Below, piece by piece: positions 16,904-26,031 of a DNA stretch of 32,000 nucleotides. A program made the position numbers and the translations under genes. The notes under the pieces were generated by a model. It worked only from the letters and a program-made list of their open reading frames with translations, ran no database searches and was not told the origin of the DNA. Numbering within the stretch: position 1 is the first letter of the stretch; the number at the start of each line of letters is the position of its first letter. The DNA is from Erysipelotrichaceae bacterium MTC7 (GTDB lineage: Bacteria > Bacillota_I > Bacilli_A > Erysipelotrichales > Erysipelotrichaceae): positions 54,189 through 86,188 of the forward strand of contig LVZN01000084.1 of NCBI GenBank assembly GCA_001695645.1, given 5' to 3'.

Positions 16904-17545
16904 ATGAGTGAATTAGCAACAAAGGATTTAAGTTTTTATTACACAAAAGATAAACCGATTTTACAACAACTGAATCTTACCTTTGAACGTGGCAAGATTT
17001 ATGCCATTGTTGGAAAGTCAGGGGCAGGGAAAACAACCTTACTGTCGTTGTTGTCAAAACTACAAAGTCCTAAAGAAGGACAAATTATTTACGAAGATAC
17101 AAATATCGAAACGATTAATGCAGATCGCTATCGTTCAAAAAACATCGGTGTAGTTTATCAGGCGTACAATTTATTGCCTCAATGGAATGCCATTGAAAAC
17201 GTTGTATTATCCTTGGATGTAGCAGGATGGAAAGATGGGGATAAAAAAGCGTATGCAAAATCGTTATTATTGAAATTGCAAATCGAAGAGAGTGACTTAT
17301 ATCGTCCGGTTCACCAGTTATCAGGGGGCCAACAACAACGGGTTGCAATCGCGCGTGCACTTAGCTACAATCCTTCGATCATCTTAGCAGATGAGCCTAC
17401 GGGAAATCTTGATAAAGCAACAGAAAAGGAAATTTTAACGATCTTTCAACAACTAGCGTATGAAGAAAATAAGTGTGTCATTTTGGTCACACATGCCGCA
17501 TCGGTAACAAGTATTGCAGATGAAGTCTATCGCTTAACACGGTAA
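16904..17545 (+). CDS. ABC transporter ATP-binding protein (MacB/LolD-like)
   Basis: Walker A GKSGAGKTT, signature LSGGQQQRVAIARAL, Walker B ILADEPTGNLD. Confidence 0.92.
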   Translation: MSELATKDLSFYYTKDKPILQQLNLTFERGKIYAIVGKSGAGKTTLLSLLSKLQSPKEGQIIYEDTNIETINADRYRSKNIGVVYQAYNLLPQWNAIENVVLSLDVAGWKDGDKKAYAKSLLLKLQIEESDLYRPVHQLSGGQQQRVAIARALSYNPSIILADEPTGNLDKATEKEILTIFQQLAYEENKCVILVTHAASVTSIADEVYRLTR

Positions 17546-17549
17546 AAGA

Positions 17550-17590
17550 AAAAACCTTCTTGGCACACATAGTGCATAGAAGGTTTTTTT
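17550..17590 (+). terminator. Intrinsic terminator
   Basis: AAAAACCTTCT ... AGAAGGTTTTT stem with an inner GCAC/GTGC helix, followed by a T-run. Confidence 0.85.
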
Positions 17591-17648
17591 GTGTAAAGCT
17601 TAACGATTAAGTGAAATCCGCCGTAGATTAGATTTATTGGGCAAAATA

Positions 17649-17657
17649 TGCTATAAT
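17649..17657 (+). promoter_or_regulatory. Extended -10 promoter element (TGCTATAAT)
   Basis: TGnTATAAT match. No good -35 hexamer was found. Confidence 0.45.
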
Positions 17658-17669
17658 ATGTATGCAACG

Positions 17670-17713
17670 AGCGGTGAGGATTAATGTTCTGTTGATTCAT
17701 CGCTTTTTATTTT
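17670..17713 (+). promoter_or_regulatory. Leader hairpin plus U-tract between the promoter and the CarD-like gene (possible attenuator)
   Basis: AGCGGTGAG (17670-17678) pairs with TTCATCGCT (17696-17704). This gives 9 bp including 2 G-U pairs, followed by TTTTATTTT, then the SD AGAGGAGG. Confidence 0.35.
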
Positions 17714-17730
17714 GAAAAGAGGAGGTAGTA

Positions 17731-18219
17731 ATGCTAGAGATTGGTGAAAAGGTTTTATATCATTTATATGTATGCAAAGTCGCGGGCAAAGAAAAAAGAA
17801 ACGGGAAGGTGTTTTACAAACTTGTTTCGGTTGACCACGATGGATATTCGTTTAAAATTCCTGCAACTCACGTAACTACTAGTGTTCAACAATTGCCGAC
17901 AAAAAAAGAATTAAAAGGTTATTTTGATGAAATCGATATGAATGAGGTAAAACGTCCAACAGCTTTGGATATGGATCGTACCTTAAAACCGATTTTGGAT
18001 TCTTTCGACATTGAAAACTGGTTAGATGTTTATGGAATGTTGTTTGATGAAAGAAAAAAGGCGGTAGCAAGTGGAAAAATGGTATCGCAAAAAGTACAAG
18101 GATATTTAAACAACATGGAAGATAAGATTTTCAATCTTGCTGCTTATGTGTTTGAAAATCCTGTAGATGAAGTTAAAGACCAAATTTATGATCATTTAGA
18201 TCGCATCACAAGTGCATAA
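17731..18219 (+). CDS. CarD/CdnL/TRCF-domain-like protein (divergent)
   Basis: The N-terminus MLEIGEKVLYHLYVCKVAGKEKRNGKVFYKLVSVD...FKIP follows the CarD N-terminal Tudor-like pattern (F.vGd.V.y...G.I....). The C-terminus is helical. Assignment is from pattern memory only. Confidence 0.45.
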   Translation: MLEIGEKVLYHLYVCKVAGKEKRNGKVFYKLVSVDHDGYSFKIPATHVTTSVQQLPTKKELKGYFDEIDMNEVKRPTALDMDRTLKPILDSFDIENWLDVYGMLFDERKKAVASGKMVSQKVQGYLNNMEDKIFNLAAYVFENPVDEVKDQIYDHLDRITSA

Positions 18220-18236
18220 CTTGTGATGTTTTTTTT
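18204..18236 (+). terminator. Intrinsic terminator
   Basis: CATCACAAGT-GCATA-ACTTGTGATG 10-bp hairpin followed by T8. Confidence 0.85.
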
Positions 18237-18262
18237 ATGTAGATGTAAAAACAAGTGAAGAT

Positions 18263-18297
18263 AAAAAAGCAGTGAACCTCAGGATCACTGCTTTTTT
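18263..18297. terminator. Bidirectional intrinsic terminator
   Basis: GCAGTGA / TCACTGC stem flanked by A6 on the 5' side and T6 on the 3' side. It sits between convergent genes. Confidence 0.75.
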
Positions 18298-18300
18298 GAA

Positions 18301-18579
18301 TTATTTAACTGGTCTATCTCCAGTTTTTTTACTTTCTTTTTCCCAGTAGTTTTTTACTTCGTTAAGGTCTAAGTAAGGTGCTTCTGTTGTTCTAAAATCT
18401 GTTAATTTATCAAAGAAGAATTCTGCTTCATTATAGTCATCAAAGATCATTAACATTTTTCCATCATTTTTAAGAATCCATTTTCCTTCTTTAGATCCAA
18501 CTTTGAAGTTTTTTAACTTCATGTTTAACATTTTTCCTGATTTGTCGTTACCTGTTCTGTAAACTAAATATTTTTTCAT
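18301..18579 (-). CDS. Hypothetical 92-aa Lys-rich protein, no recognisable family
   Basis: Start taken at MKKYLVYRTG, with GGAGGA 8 nt upstream on the minus strand, rather than the longer track ORF. It is the only confident minus-strand gene and is visibly more AT-rich than its neighbours. Confidence 0.6.
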   Translation of the reverse strand: MKKYLVYRTGNDKSGKMLNMKLKNFKVGSKEGKWILKNDGKMLMIFDDYNEAEFFFDKLTDFRTTEAPYLDLNEVKNYWEKESKKTGDRPVK

Positions 18580-18719
18580 TTTCTTATCCTCCTTAGTTAC
18601 ATCTTCATTATACACCGTATGAAACATTTATAAAGTATTTTGCATAGCTAAAATAATATGGGAAGAATATAGTAAATGTAAATGTTTTCATAAAATGCTG
18701 TAAATAATTACATTTCTTA

Positions 18720-18748
18720 TTGACATGGTTTTCATTAGGGTATATCAT
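18720..18748 (+). promoter_or_regulatory. Sigma-A-type promoter of the arg operon leader
   Basis: TTGACA (18720-18725), 17-nt spacer, TATCAT (18743-18748). Confidence 0.65.
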
Positions 18749-18762
18749 ATGAATCATACAAA

Positions 18763-18990
18763 ACGTTGATTAGGAAAAGTACTGAACTTCAAGATGCATA
18801 GCGAGATAACGATTGGTGGAAGGTTATCCAGGCGAAGTAAAGGAAACGCACCTAGGAGTGTTTATGGGAAGTTAGTATCATAAACCGTTGATCCTCGTTA
18901 CGGATAAAGGTGGGTAGCAATGCTATCAACTAGAGTGGTACCGCGTGTGTTAGGCGTCTCTGGAAAGATTTTTCCATGAGGCGTTTTTTT
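18763..18990 (+). promoter_or_regulatory. T-box riboswitch leader, predicted Arg (CGC) specifier, with terminator
   Basis: Stem I elements: GA/K-turn region GTTGATTAGG...CCTAGGAGTG, AGTA, AG bulge AGCGAG, distal loop TGGTGGAAG. Specifier loop is ...GGAAA-CGC-A followed by the closing stem CCTAG, with CGC at 18847-18849. Stem II is GTTTATG/CATAAAC. The T-box sequence AGAGTGGTACCGCG lies at 18932-18945. The terminator GGCGTCTCTGGAAA...TTTCCATGAGGCGT is followed by T9 (18953-18992). Confidence 0.85.
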
Positions 18991-19068
18991 TTAGCTTTAG
19001 CCATCTAAAAAACGTTAGTATATCGTATAATGAAATTGCATAGATAAACAAAAAAGGAGAGCGTGTTT

Positions 19069-20289
19069 ATGAAAAAGGATATTAAGAAAATTGTATTAGC
19101 TTACTCGGGAGGGCTTGATACGTCCGTTATGATTCAATGGTTAAAAGAAAACTATGACAATCCAGAAATCATTGCTGTTTCAGGAGATGTTGGACAAGCA
19201 GATGAACTTGAAGGTTTGGAAGAAAAAGCATTAAAAACTGGAGCGAGTAAATTTTACGCCTTGGATTTAAAAGATGCATTTGTTGAAGATATAATCTTTC
19301 CATGTTTAAAAGCAAATGCGGTTTATGAAAATGTGTACTTGTTGGGGACAGCATTTGCAAGACCAATCATTGGTAAAGGTCTTGTAGATATTGCAATCCA
19401 AGAAGGTGCTGATGCGATATGTCATGGATGTACAGGAAAAGGAAATGACCAAGTACGTTTCGAACTTGCGATTAAAGCTTTCGCACCAGATATGACAATT
19501 ATTGCACCATGGCGTACATGGGAATTAAAGAGTCGTGATGATGAAATTGCGTATGCAGAAAAACATAACATTCCTTTAAAGATTAATCGTGAAACAAACT
19601 ACTCAAAAGATAAAAACGTGTGGCATTTATCACATGAAGGATTGGACCTGGAAGATCCGATGAACGAGCCTAAATATGATGCAATATTAGAAATGGGAGT
19701 CACACCAGAAAAAGCACCAGATGTACCAACGTACATTGAACTGACATTCGAAAAAGGAATTCCAGTTGCCCTTGATGGAAAGAAAATGAAAGGGCAAGAC
19801 TTACTTCTTGCTTTAAATGAAGTTGGTGGAAAAAACGGAATTGGAATTATTGATATGGTCGAAAACCGTTTGGTTGGTATGAAAAGCCGTGGGGTCTATG
19901 AAACGCCAGGGGGAACGATTTTATACAAAGCGCACGAACTGTTAGAAACCATTACCTTGGACAAAGATACACAACACTTTAAACAACACGTAGGAATTAA
20001 GTTTGGAGAATTGCTATACAACGGATTATGGTTTACGCCACTACGTGAAGCGTTAAGTGCATTTGCTGATAAAACAAGTGAAACGGTAAATGGAACAGTA
20101 AAACTGAAACTATACAAAGGGAATATTACAAGTGCAGGTATTTCTTCACCTGACACACTATACTCAGAACAAATTGCAAGCTTTGGCGAAGATGATTCAT
20201 ACGATCAAAACGACAGTGCTGGATTCATCAACTTATTTGGGTTACCAATTAAAGTGAAAGCCATGCAAGATGCAAAAAAGCGAAAATAA
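19069..20289 (+). CDS. argG: Argininosuccinate synthase
   Basis: The [12 protein letters not shown]-binding motif and a full-length class I ArgG are present. The ATG at 19069 is preferred because GGAGA lies 8 nt upstream, over the GTG at 19063. Confidence 0.95.
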   Translation: MKKDIKKIVLAYSGGLDTSVMIQWLKENYDNPEIIAVSGDVGQADELEGLEEKALKTGASKFYALDLKDAFVEDIIFPCLKANAVYENVYLLGTAFARPIIGKGLVDIAIQEGADAICHGCTGKGNDQVRFELAIKAFAPDMTIIAPWRTWELKSRDDEIAYAEKHNIPLKINRETNYSKDKNVWHLSHEGLDLEDPMNEPKYDAILEMGVTPEKAPDVPTYIELTFEKGIPVALDGKKMKGQDLLLALNEVGGKNGIGIIDMVENRLVGMKSRGVYETPGGTILYKAHELLETITLDKDTQHFKQHVGIKFGELLYNGLWFTPLREALSAFADKTSETVNGTVKLKLYKGNITSAGISSPDTLYSEQIASFGEDDSYDQNDSAGFINLFGLPIKVKAMQDAKKRK

Positions 20290-20318
20290 AATAAATGTGT
20301 AAATAAGGAGGGCTTGCT

Positions 20319-21701
20319 ATGAAATTATGGGGAGCAAGATTCACAAAAGAAGCGAGTAAAAAACTAAATGATTTTAACTCGTCAATCAATGTGGATTGTC
20401 GTATGTATAAACAAGATATCAAAGGGTCGATTGCGCATGTGACAATGTTAGGAAAACAAGAGATTATACCTGAAGTAGATGCAACAACAATCGTGCATGC
20501 GTTACAGGAAATTGAAACTGATATTGAAAATGGAACCTTAGAAATTAGTCCAGAAGCTGAAGATATCCATATGTTCATTGAGCAAGTATTAACGGAACGA
20601 ATTGGTGATGTTGGAAAAAAACTACACACGGGTCGTAGCCGTAATGACCAAGTAGCGCTCGACTTCCGTTTGTATACGATGGACCGTTTGGATGATTTGA
20701 TGGTCTTGACTAAAAAGTTAATTACAACCTTGTGTGACCAAGCAGAAAAAAATACAGAAACCATTATGCCTGGTTATACCCATTTACAACGGGCACAACC
20801 CATCACGTTTGCGCATCACTTGCTGGCCTATGTGGAGATGCTGATGCGTGATTTGCAACGGTTCACATTTGCCAAACAACAAGCAAATGTATCGCCTTTG
20901 GGCAGTGGAGCACTTGCAACGACAACCTATCCCATTGATCGCGCCTATAGTGCAAAACTGTTAGGAATGAAAGACATTAGTTTGAATTCCTTGGATGGTG
21001 TAAGTGATCGTGACTTTGCTATCGATGCAGCAAATGCCGTTGCTACGTGTATGATGCACCTATCTAGATTCTCTGAAGAGATTGTTTTATGGAGTTCATG
21101 GGAGTTTAAGTTTATTGAACTTGATGATGCCTTTGCAACAGGATCTTCGATAATGCCACAAAAGAAAAACCCAGATATTTGTGAATTGATTCGTGGGAAA
21201 ACAGGACGTACCTATGGAAATCTCATGAATTTATTGACGATGATGAAAGGGTTGGCACTTGCATACAATAAAGATATGCAAGAGGATAAAGAAGCACTCT
21301 TTGATTCTATAGATACTTTAGAAGTTTGTTTGGAAACCATTATTCCCATGGTGGATACGATGCAAGTTATCAAAGAAAATATGCGTCAAGCAGCGGCGAA
21401 AGGATTTATCAATGCAACAGATTGTGCGGATTACTTAACCAAAAAAGGAATGCCATTCCGTGATGCCTATGGCGTGATTGGGAAATTGGTACAACAAGCC
21501 ATTGCCAACGACAAAGTACTTGAACAGTTAACACTAGAGGAATTCCAAGAAGTCAGTGAGCTTTTTGAAAATGATATTTACGAGGCGATTTCTCTAGATA
21601 CATGTGTCAACAAACGAAGTGTTGTTGGTGGACCAGCTCCAACAGCAACAAGGGCACACATCGCGTTGGTCAAACAAGAACTGGGTGATGAACATGTCTA
21701 A
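20319..21701 (+). CDS. argH: Argininosuccinate lyase
   Basis: MKLWGARF start and the fumarate-lyase signature GSSIMPQKKNPD are present. Confidence 0.96.
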   Translation: MKLWGARFTKEASKKLNDFNSSINVDCRMYKQDIKGSIAHVTMLGKQEIIPEVDATTIVHALQEIETDIENGTLEISPEAEDIHMFIEQVLTERIGDVGKKLHTGRSRNDQVALDFRLYTMDRLDDLMVLTKKLITTLCDQAEKNTETIMPGYTHLQRAQPITFAHHLLAYVEMLMRDLQRFTFAKQQANVSPLGSGALATTTYPIDRAYSAKLLGMKDISLNSLDGVSDRDFAIDAANAVATCMMHLSRFSEEIVLWSSWEFKFIELDDAFATGSSIMPQKKNPDICELIRGKTGRTYGNLMNLLTMMKGLALAYNKDMQEDKEALFDSIDTLEVCLETIIPMVDTMQVIKENMRQAAAKGFINATDCADYLTKKGMPFRDAYGVIGKLVQQAIANDKVLEQLTLEEFQEVSELFENDIYEAISLDTCVNKRSVVGGPAPTATRAHIALVKQELGDEHV

Positions 21702-22734
21702 ACTAAAAGTCGGAATCATTGGTGCAAGTGGGTATGGTGGTGCAGAACTGTTACGTTTGCTGCTTACCCATAACCAAGTGGAGGTTGTAGGGATTTACTC
21801 ACGTAGTTATTTAGGAAAACCGATGCATGAACTGTATCCTGTATTTTATGAAATTAGTGAACTAGTCTTTAGTGATGAAGATGCACTGATTGCAGCTAGT
21901 GATGTAATCTTTGCAAGCTTGCCACATGGGATTAGTGAGCCAATTGCTAGAAAGTGTGCAGATGCAAACAAACGCTTTATCGACTTGGGGGCGGACTTCC
22001 GTTTGCATGATGAAGCTGATTATGAAGCTTGGTACAATTTACCATTTAAAGAAAAAGCGTTGCACGAACAAGCGGTGTATGGATTGAGTGAGATTTATCC
22101 TGAACAGATCAAACAAGCCAACATAGTTGGAAATCCTGGATGTTATCCAACCAGTATTGCATTGGCCATGTATCCACTGATGAAATTGGATATCGATTTT
22201 GATCAACACATCATCATTGATGCCAAAAGTGGAGTGACTGGGGCTGGTAAAGAACCAAGTGAGGGTTCGCATTTTCCAAATGTGAATGAAGCGTTTCATC
22301 CATATAAGGTAGCGGAACATCGTCACACACCAGAAATTGAACAAACGTTAAGCGAGATGCGTAACGATACCATCCACATTACCTTTGTGCCACATTTACT
22401 ACCAGTTTCAAGAGGAATCATTTCGACGGTCTATGTAAAATTAAAGGATGCAATAGCCCTCGATGATATCCATCAACACTATGTAGAAACGTATCAAACA
22501 CATCGTTTCGTACGTGTGTTAGAACAAGGGAAAATGGCCAATTTAAAATATGTGCAATATTCAAACTATTGCGACATTAGTGTACATTACGACAAACGAA
22601 CACATACATTAATTGTTGTTTCTGCCATTGATAATATGGTGAAAGGTGCAGCAGGACAGGCAATCCAAAACATGAACTTAATGTATGGTTTTGCTGAAGA
22701 TGAAGGATTGAAACTCATTCCTCCATCATTCTAA
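21694..22734 (+). CDS. argC: N-acetyl-gamma-glutamyl-phosphate reductase
   Basis: MSKLKVGIIGASGYGG NAD-binding start and the active-site GNPGCYPTS. The start overlaps the argH stop by 8 nt, and the track's upstream extension lies inside argH. Confidence 0.92.
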   Translation: MSKLKVGIIGASGYGGAELLRLLLTHNQVEVVGIYSRSYLGKPMHELYPVFYEISELVFSDEDALIAASDVIFASLPHGISEPIARKCADANKRFIDLGADFRLHDEADYEAWYNLPFKEKALHEQAVYGLSEIYPEQIKQANIVGNPGCYPTSIALAMYPLMKLDIDFDQHIIIDAKSGVTGAGKEPSEGSHFPNVNEAFHPYKVAEHRHTPEIEQTLSEMRNDTIHITFVPHLLPVSRGIISTVYVKLKDAIALDDIHQHYVETYQTHRFVRVLEQGKMANLKYVQYSNYCDISVHYDKRTHTLIVVSAIDNMVKGAAGQAIQNMNLMYGFAEDEGLKLIPPSF

Positions 22735-22746
22735 GAAGGGGGAACT

Positions 22747-23955
22747 ATGAGTCAAACTGGAGTATGTTATCCAAAGGGATTTCTAGCAAATGGAATCCAT
22801 TGTGGAATTAGAAAAAATAAAAGTAAAAAAGATTTATGTCTTATCTACAGTGAAAAACTTTGTGCTGCAGCAAGTGTTTATACACAAAATAAAGTAAAAG
22901 GGGCACCCATAGCGATCACGAAAGCACATTTGGCAAACGGTTTGGCACAAGCCATTATAGTCAACAGTGGAAATGCAAATACGTGCAACAGCAATGGTAA
23001 AGAAATTGCTAACCAAATGGCAGAATTGACAGCGGATGCTTTAGCGATTGCTAAAGAGGACATTATTGTGGCGAGCACGGGTGTAATTGGTCAGAAGTTA
23101 GACATTACACCAATTAAAAACCATATCCAGGAACTAAGTGATTCACTAAGTGTGGATGGTAGTGTCGCTGCTTGTGAAGCGATTATGACAACCGATACAG
23201 TCATTAAAGAATTCCATGGAAGTTTTGTGATTGATGGAAAAGAGTGTCGCATTGGTGGAATTGCTAAGGGAAGTGGAATGATCCATCCAAACATGGCAAC
23301 CATGCTTTCCTTTATTACCAGTGATGTTGATATTACCAGTGAGATGCTTTCTTTGGTGGTTAAAGAAGTAGCAGATGATACATTCAATATGGTGAGTGTG
23401 GATGGTGATACATCGACCAACGATATGTTATCGGTATTGTGTAATGGACAAGCCGATAATCCACAAATACGTGAAAAGGGAAACAACTATGCCATCTTTA
23501 AGGAAGCGTTATATCGAGTTGCTAAACATTTAGCAAAAGCGATGGCAAAAGATGGTGAAGGAGCAACCAAACTGCTTACTTGCAAAGTGGTTAACGCACC
23601 AGATAAAGAAGCAGCAAAGGGCATTGCCAAAAGTGTGATTGCTTCAAGTTTAGTGAAAAGTGCAATGTTTGGTAATGATGCCAACTGGGGACGAATTCTT
23701 TGTGCCATTGGTTATAGTGGTGCAAACTACGATGAAACAACCATTGATGTCTCTTTTCAAAGTGAAGCAGGAAAGATTGCTGTGTGTAAACAAAGCGAAG
23801 GTGTTGATTTTGATGAAGAACAAGCAACCAACATTCTTAAACAAGAGGAAGTTGAAATACTTGTGGACATGAATCAAGGGGATGCAACTGCTGAAAGTTG
23901 GGGTTGTGATTTAACTTATGATTACGTCAAAATTAACGGGGACTACCGTACATAA
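22747..23955 (+). CDS. argJ: Bifunctional glutamate N-acetyltransferase / amino-acid acetyltransferase
   Basis: The self-cleavage region PNMATMLSFITSD and the C-terminus LTYDYVKINGDYRT are typical ArgJ. Confidence 0.95.
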   Translation: MSQTGVCYPKGFLANGIHCGIRKNKSKKDLCLIYSEKLCAAASVYTQNKVKGAPIAITKAHLANGLAQAIIVNSGNANTCNSNGKEIANQMAELTADALAIAKEDIIVASTGVIGQKLDITPIKNHIQELSDSLSVDGSVAACEAIMTTDTVIKEFHGSFVIDGKECRIGGIAKGSGMIHPNMATMLSFITSDVDITSEMLSLVVKEVADDTFNMVSVDGDTSTNDMLSVLCNGQADNPQIREKGNNYAIFKEALYRVAKHLAKAMAKDGEGATKLLTCKVVNAPDKEAAKGIAKSVIASSLVKSAMFGNDANWGRILCAIGYSGANYDETTIDVSFQSEAGKIAVCKQSEGVDFDEEQATNILKQEEVEILVDMNQGDATAESWGCDLTYDYVKINGDYRT

Positions 23956-23966
23956 TGAGGGGTGAA

Positions 23967-24851
23967 ATGAAAATGATGAAAGATGCGATTAAAGAAGCCG
24001 AGATACTCTCGCAAGCCTTGCCGTATATTCAAGAATACAGTGATAAAATCATTGTGGTGAAGTATGGTGGTAATGCTATGAAAAATGAAGAACTTAAGCA
24101 AAACGTTATGACAGATATCGTCTTGTTGAGTGAAATAGGAATCAAGGTTGTGCTTGTCCATGGAGGTGGTCCAGCCATCAATAACATGTTAGAGAAAGTT
24201 GGCATTGAACCAAAGTTTATTGATGGATTGCGTTACACAGATAAAGAAACCATGGAAGTTGTCCAAATGGTCTTAGCTGGTCAAACCAACAAAGAACTCG
24301 TTTCCATCTTGAATGGAAAAGGGGCAACCGCTGTTGGTTTATCGGGGATGGATGCCAAACTCATTGAGGCAAAAAAATATGAGATTGATGGAAAAGATTT
24401 AGGTTTTGTTGGTGAAGTGAAACACATCAATGCCAAATCCATTGTTGATGTACTTGATCATGGCTATATTCCAGTTATTGCTTCTGTCGGTGTGGACGAT
24501 GAAGGACAAGCCTATAATATCAATGCTGATATTGCAGCAAGTTCCATTGCCCAAGCCTTGCATGCGGAGAATATGATTTTGGTGAGTGATGTGCCAGGGA
24601 TTTTAGAAGATCCAAAAGATGAAAGATCCTTGTATTCAAACATATATTTTGATCAAATTGATGAACTTATTGCTAGTGACTTTATTAGTGGTGGAATGAT
24701 TCCGAAAGTTGAGTGTATCAAAACTGCACTTGATGGTGGCGTGAAAAAATCATGTATTATTGATGGTCGCATTCCACATTCCATCTTAATAGAAATATTA
24801 AGTCAACAAGGAATTGGTACCTTGTTTAAGAAAAGAGGTTTGTATGAATAA
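23967..24851 (+). CDS. argB: Acetylglutamate kinase
   Basis: LSQALPYIQEY...IVVKYGGNAM and HGGGP motifs are present. The start is ambiguous: 23955 is a TAATG overlap with argJ, while 23967 follows AGGGG. Confidence 0.9.
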   Translation: MKMMKDAIKEAEILSQALPYIQEYSDKIIVVKYGGNAMKNEELKQNVMTDIVLLSEIGIKVVLVHGGGPAINNMLEKVGIEPKFIDGLRYTDKETMEVVQMVLAGQTNKELVSILNGKGATAVGLSGMDAKLIEAKKYEIDGKDLGFVGEVKHINAKSIVDVLDHGYIPVIASVGVDDEGQAYNINADIAASSIAQALHAENMILVSDVPGILEDPKDERSLYSNIYFDQIDELIASDFISGGMIPKVECIKTALDGGVKKSCIIDGRIPHSILIEILSQQGIGTLFKKRGLYE

Positions 24852-26028
24852 TGTCTTAAAGATGCGTGAGCATACCTACCTAGCAAACACGTACAATCGT
24901 TTCGATGTTGCATTAAAGTATGGAAATGGTGTTACGGTTGTGGATGATGAAGGTAAAGAATACTTAGATTTTACAAGTGGAATTGGTGTGTGTGGTTTAG
25001 GCCATAGTTTTGAACCGTGGGTGAAAGCGACGACCAACCAATTAAAAGATATCGAACACACATCCAATTTGTTTTATACAGAACCGATGGTGGATGTTGC
25101 GGAAAAACTTTGTAAAGCAGCAAAGATGGAGAAAGTGTTCTTTGCCAACTCGGGAGCAGAAGCAAACGAAGGTGCGATTAAAGCGGCACGTAAATATGCC
25201 TTTGATATCTACAAAGGTGATCGTACAGAAATCATTACCTTAAAGAATTCATTTCATGGGCGTACACTGACAACGCTTAGTGCAACGGGCCAAGATCATT
25301 TTCATCAATTCTTTGATCCATTTACACCGGGCTTTGTGCATGTTGAACCAAACAACTTTGACGAACTTGCAAATGCAGTCACTTCAAAAACCTTAGCGAT
25401 CATGGTTGAAGTTGTGCAAGGTGAAGGTGGTGTTATTCCGCTTGCTGGAACATACTTACAAGCCATTCAGGATATTTGCGACCATAAGGATATCCTATTT
25501 ATTATCGACGAAGTACAATCAGGAATGGGCCGTACCGGGTCTTTATTTGCCTATATGCAATACGATTTAAAACCAGACATCGTGACTACGGCAAAAGGAC
25601 TGGGAAATGGACTTCCAATTGGTGCGGTCTTGTTGGGCGATAAAGTCGAAGATATTTTTGAAAAGGGTGACCATGGTTCAACGTTTGGGGCAAATCCAGT
25701 TGCTTGTGCTGGCGCAAATGTAGTCATGGATTACATGAATGAAAAATTGTATAGCAATGTACTACAAATGGGGGACCGCCTTACAACAAAACTGAAAGAA
25801 ATTCCACAGGTTATACAAGTGGATGGACTTGGTTTGATGTTGGGAATTGCAATTGATCCAAGCATTAACGCACGTGATGTGGTAAATGCATGTATTGAAA
25901 AAGGTCTATTGATCTTAACTGCTAAAGATCGCTTGCGTTTATTGCCACCACTTGTGATTAGTGAAAAACATGTTGACAAAGCAGTAGCAATACTTGCTGA
26001 TGTCTTAGCAGATCAAGTAAAGGGGTAA
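24844..26028 (+). CDS. argD: Acetylornithine aminotransferase
   Basis: Class III aminotransferase: SGAEANEGAIK, the DEVQSGMGRTG motif, and PLP-lysine context TTAKGLGNG. The start MNNVLKM overlaps the argB stop by 8 nt. Confidence 0.93.
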   Translation: MNNVLKMREHTYLANTYNRFDVALKYGNGVTVVDDEGKEYLDFTSGIGVCGLGHSFEPWVKATTNQLKDIEHTSNLFYTEPMVDVAEKLCKAAKMEKVFFANSGAEANEGAIKAARKYAFDIYKGDRTEIITLKNSFHGRTLTTLSATGQDHFHQFFDPFTPGFVHVEPNNFDELANAVTSKTLAIMVEVVQGEGGVIPLAGTYLQAIQDICDHKDILFIIDEVQSGMGRTGSLFAYMQYDLKPDIVTTAKGLGNGLPIGAVLLGDKVEDIFEKGDHGSTFGANPVACAGANVVMDYMNEKLYSNVLQMGDRLTTKLKEIPQVIQVDGLGLMLGIAIDPSINARDVVNACIEKGLLILTAKDRLRLLPPLVISEKHVDKAVAILADVLADQVKG

Positions 26029-26031
26029 GTG

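Noticed and set aside
18628-18720. Canonical ARG box (ArgR/AhrC operator) upstream of the arg operon
   Set aside because: By eye there is no TGAAT-N4-ATTCA-type site. Only the weaker TGTAA-N4-TTACA palindrome is present, and it is reported as a low-interest finding.
20249-20764. 171-aa minus-strand ORF
   Set aside because: It is entirely antisense to argH, whose + strand product carries the fumarate-lyase signature. It has no SD and its Ser/Ile/Cys-rich composition is typical of an antisense shadow ORF.
23091-23877. Several 70-131-aa minus-strand and alternate-frame ORFs inside argJ
   Set aside because: They all overlap argJ, which is full length and carries the ATML self-cleavage motif. 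None has ribosome-binding context.
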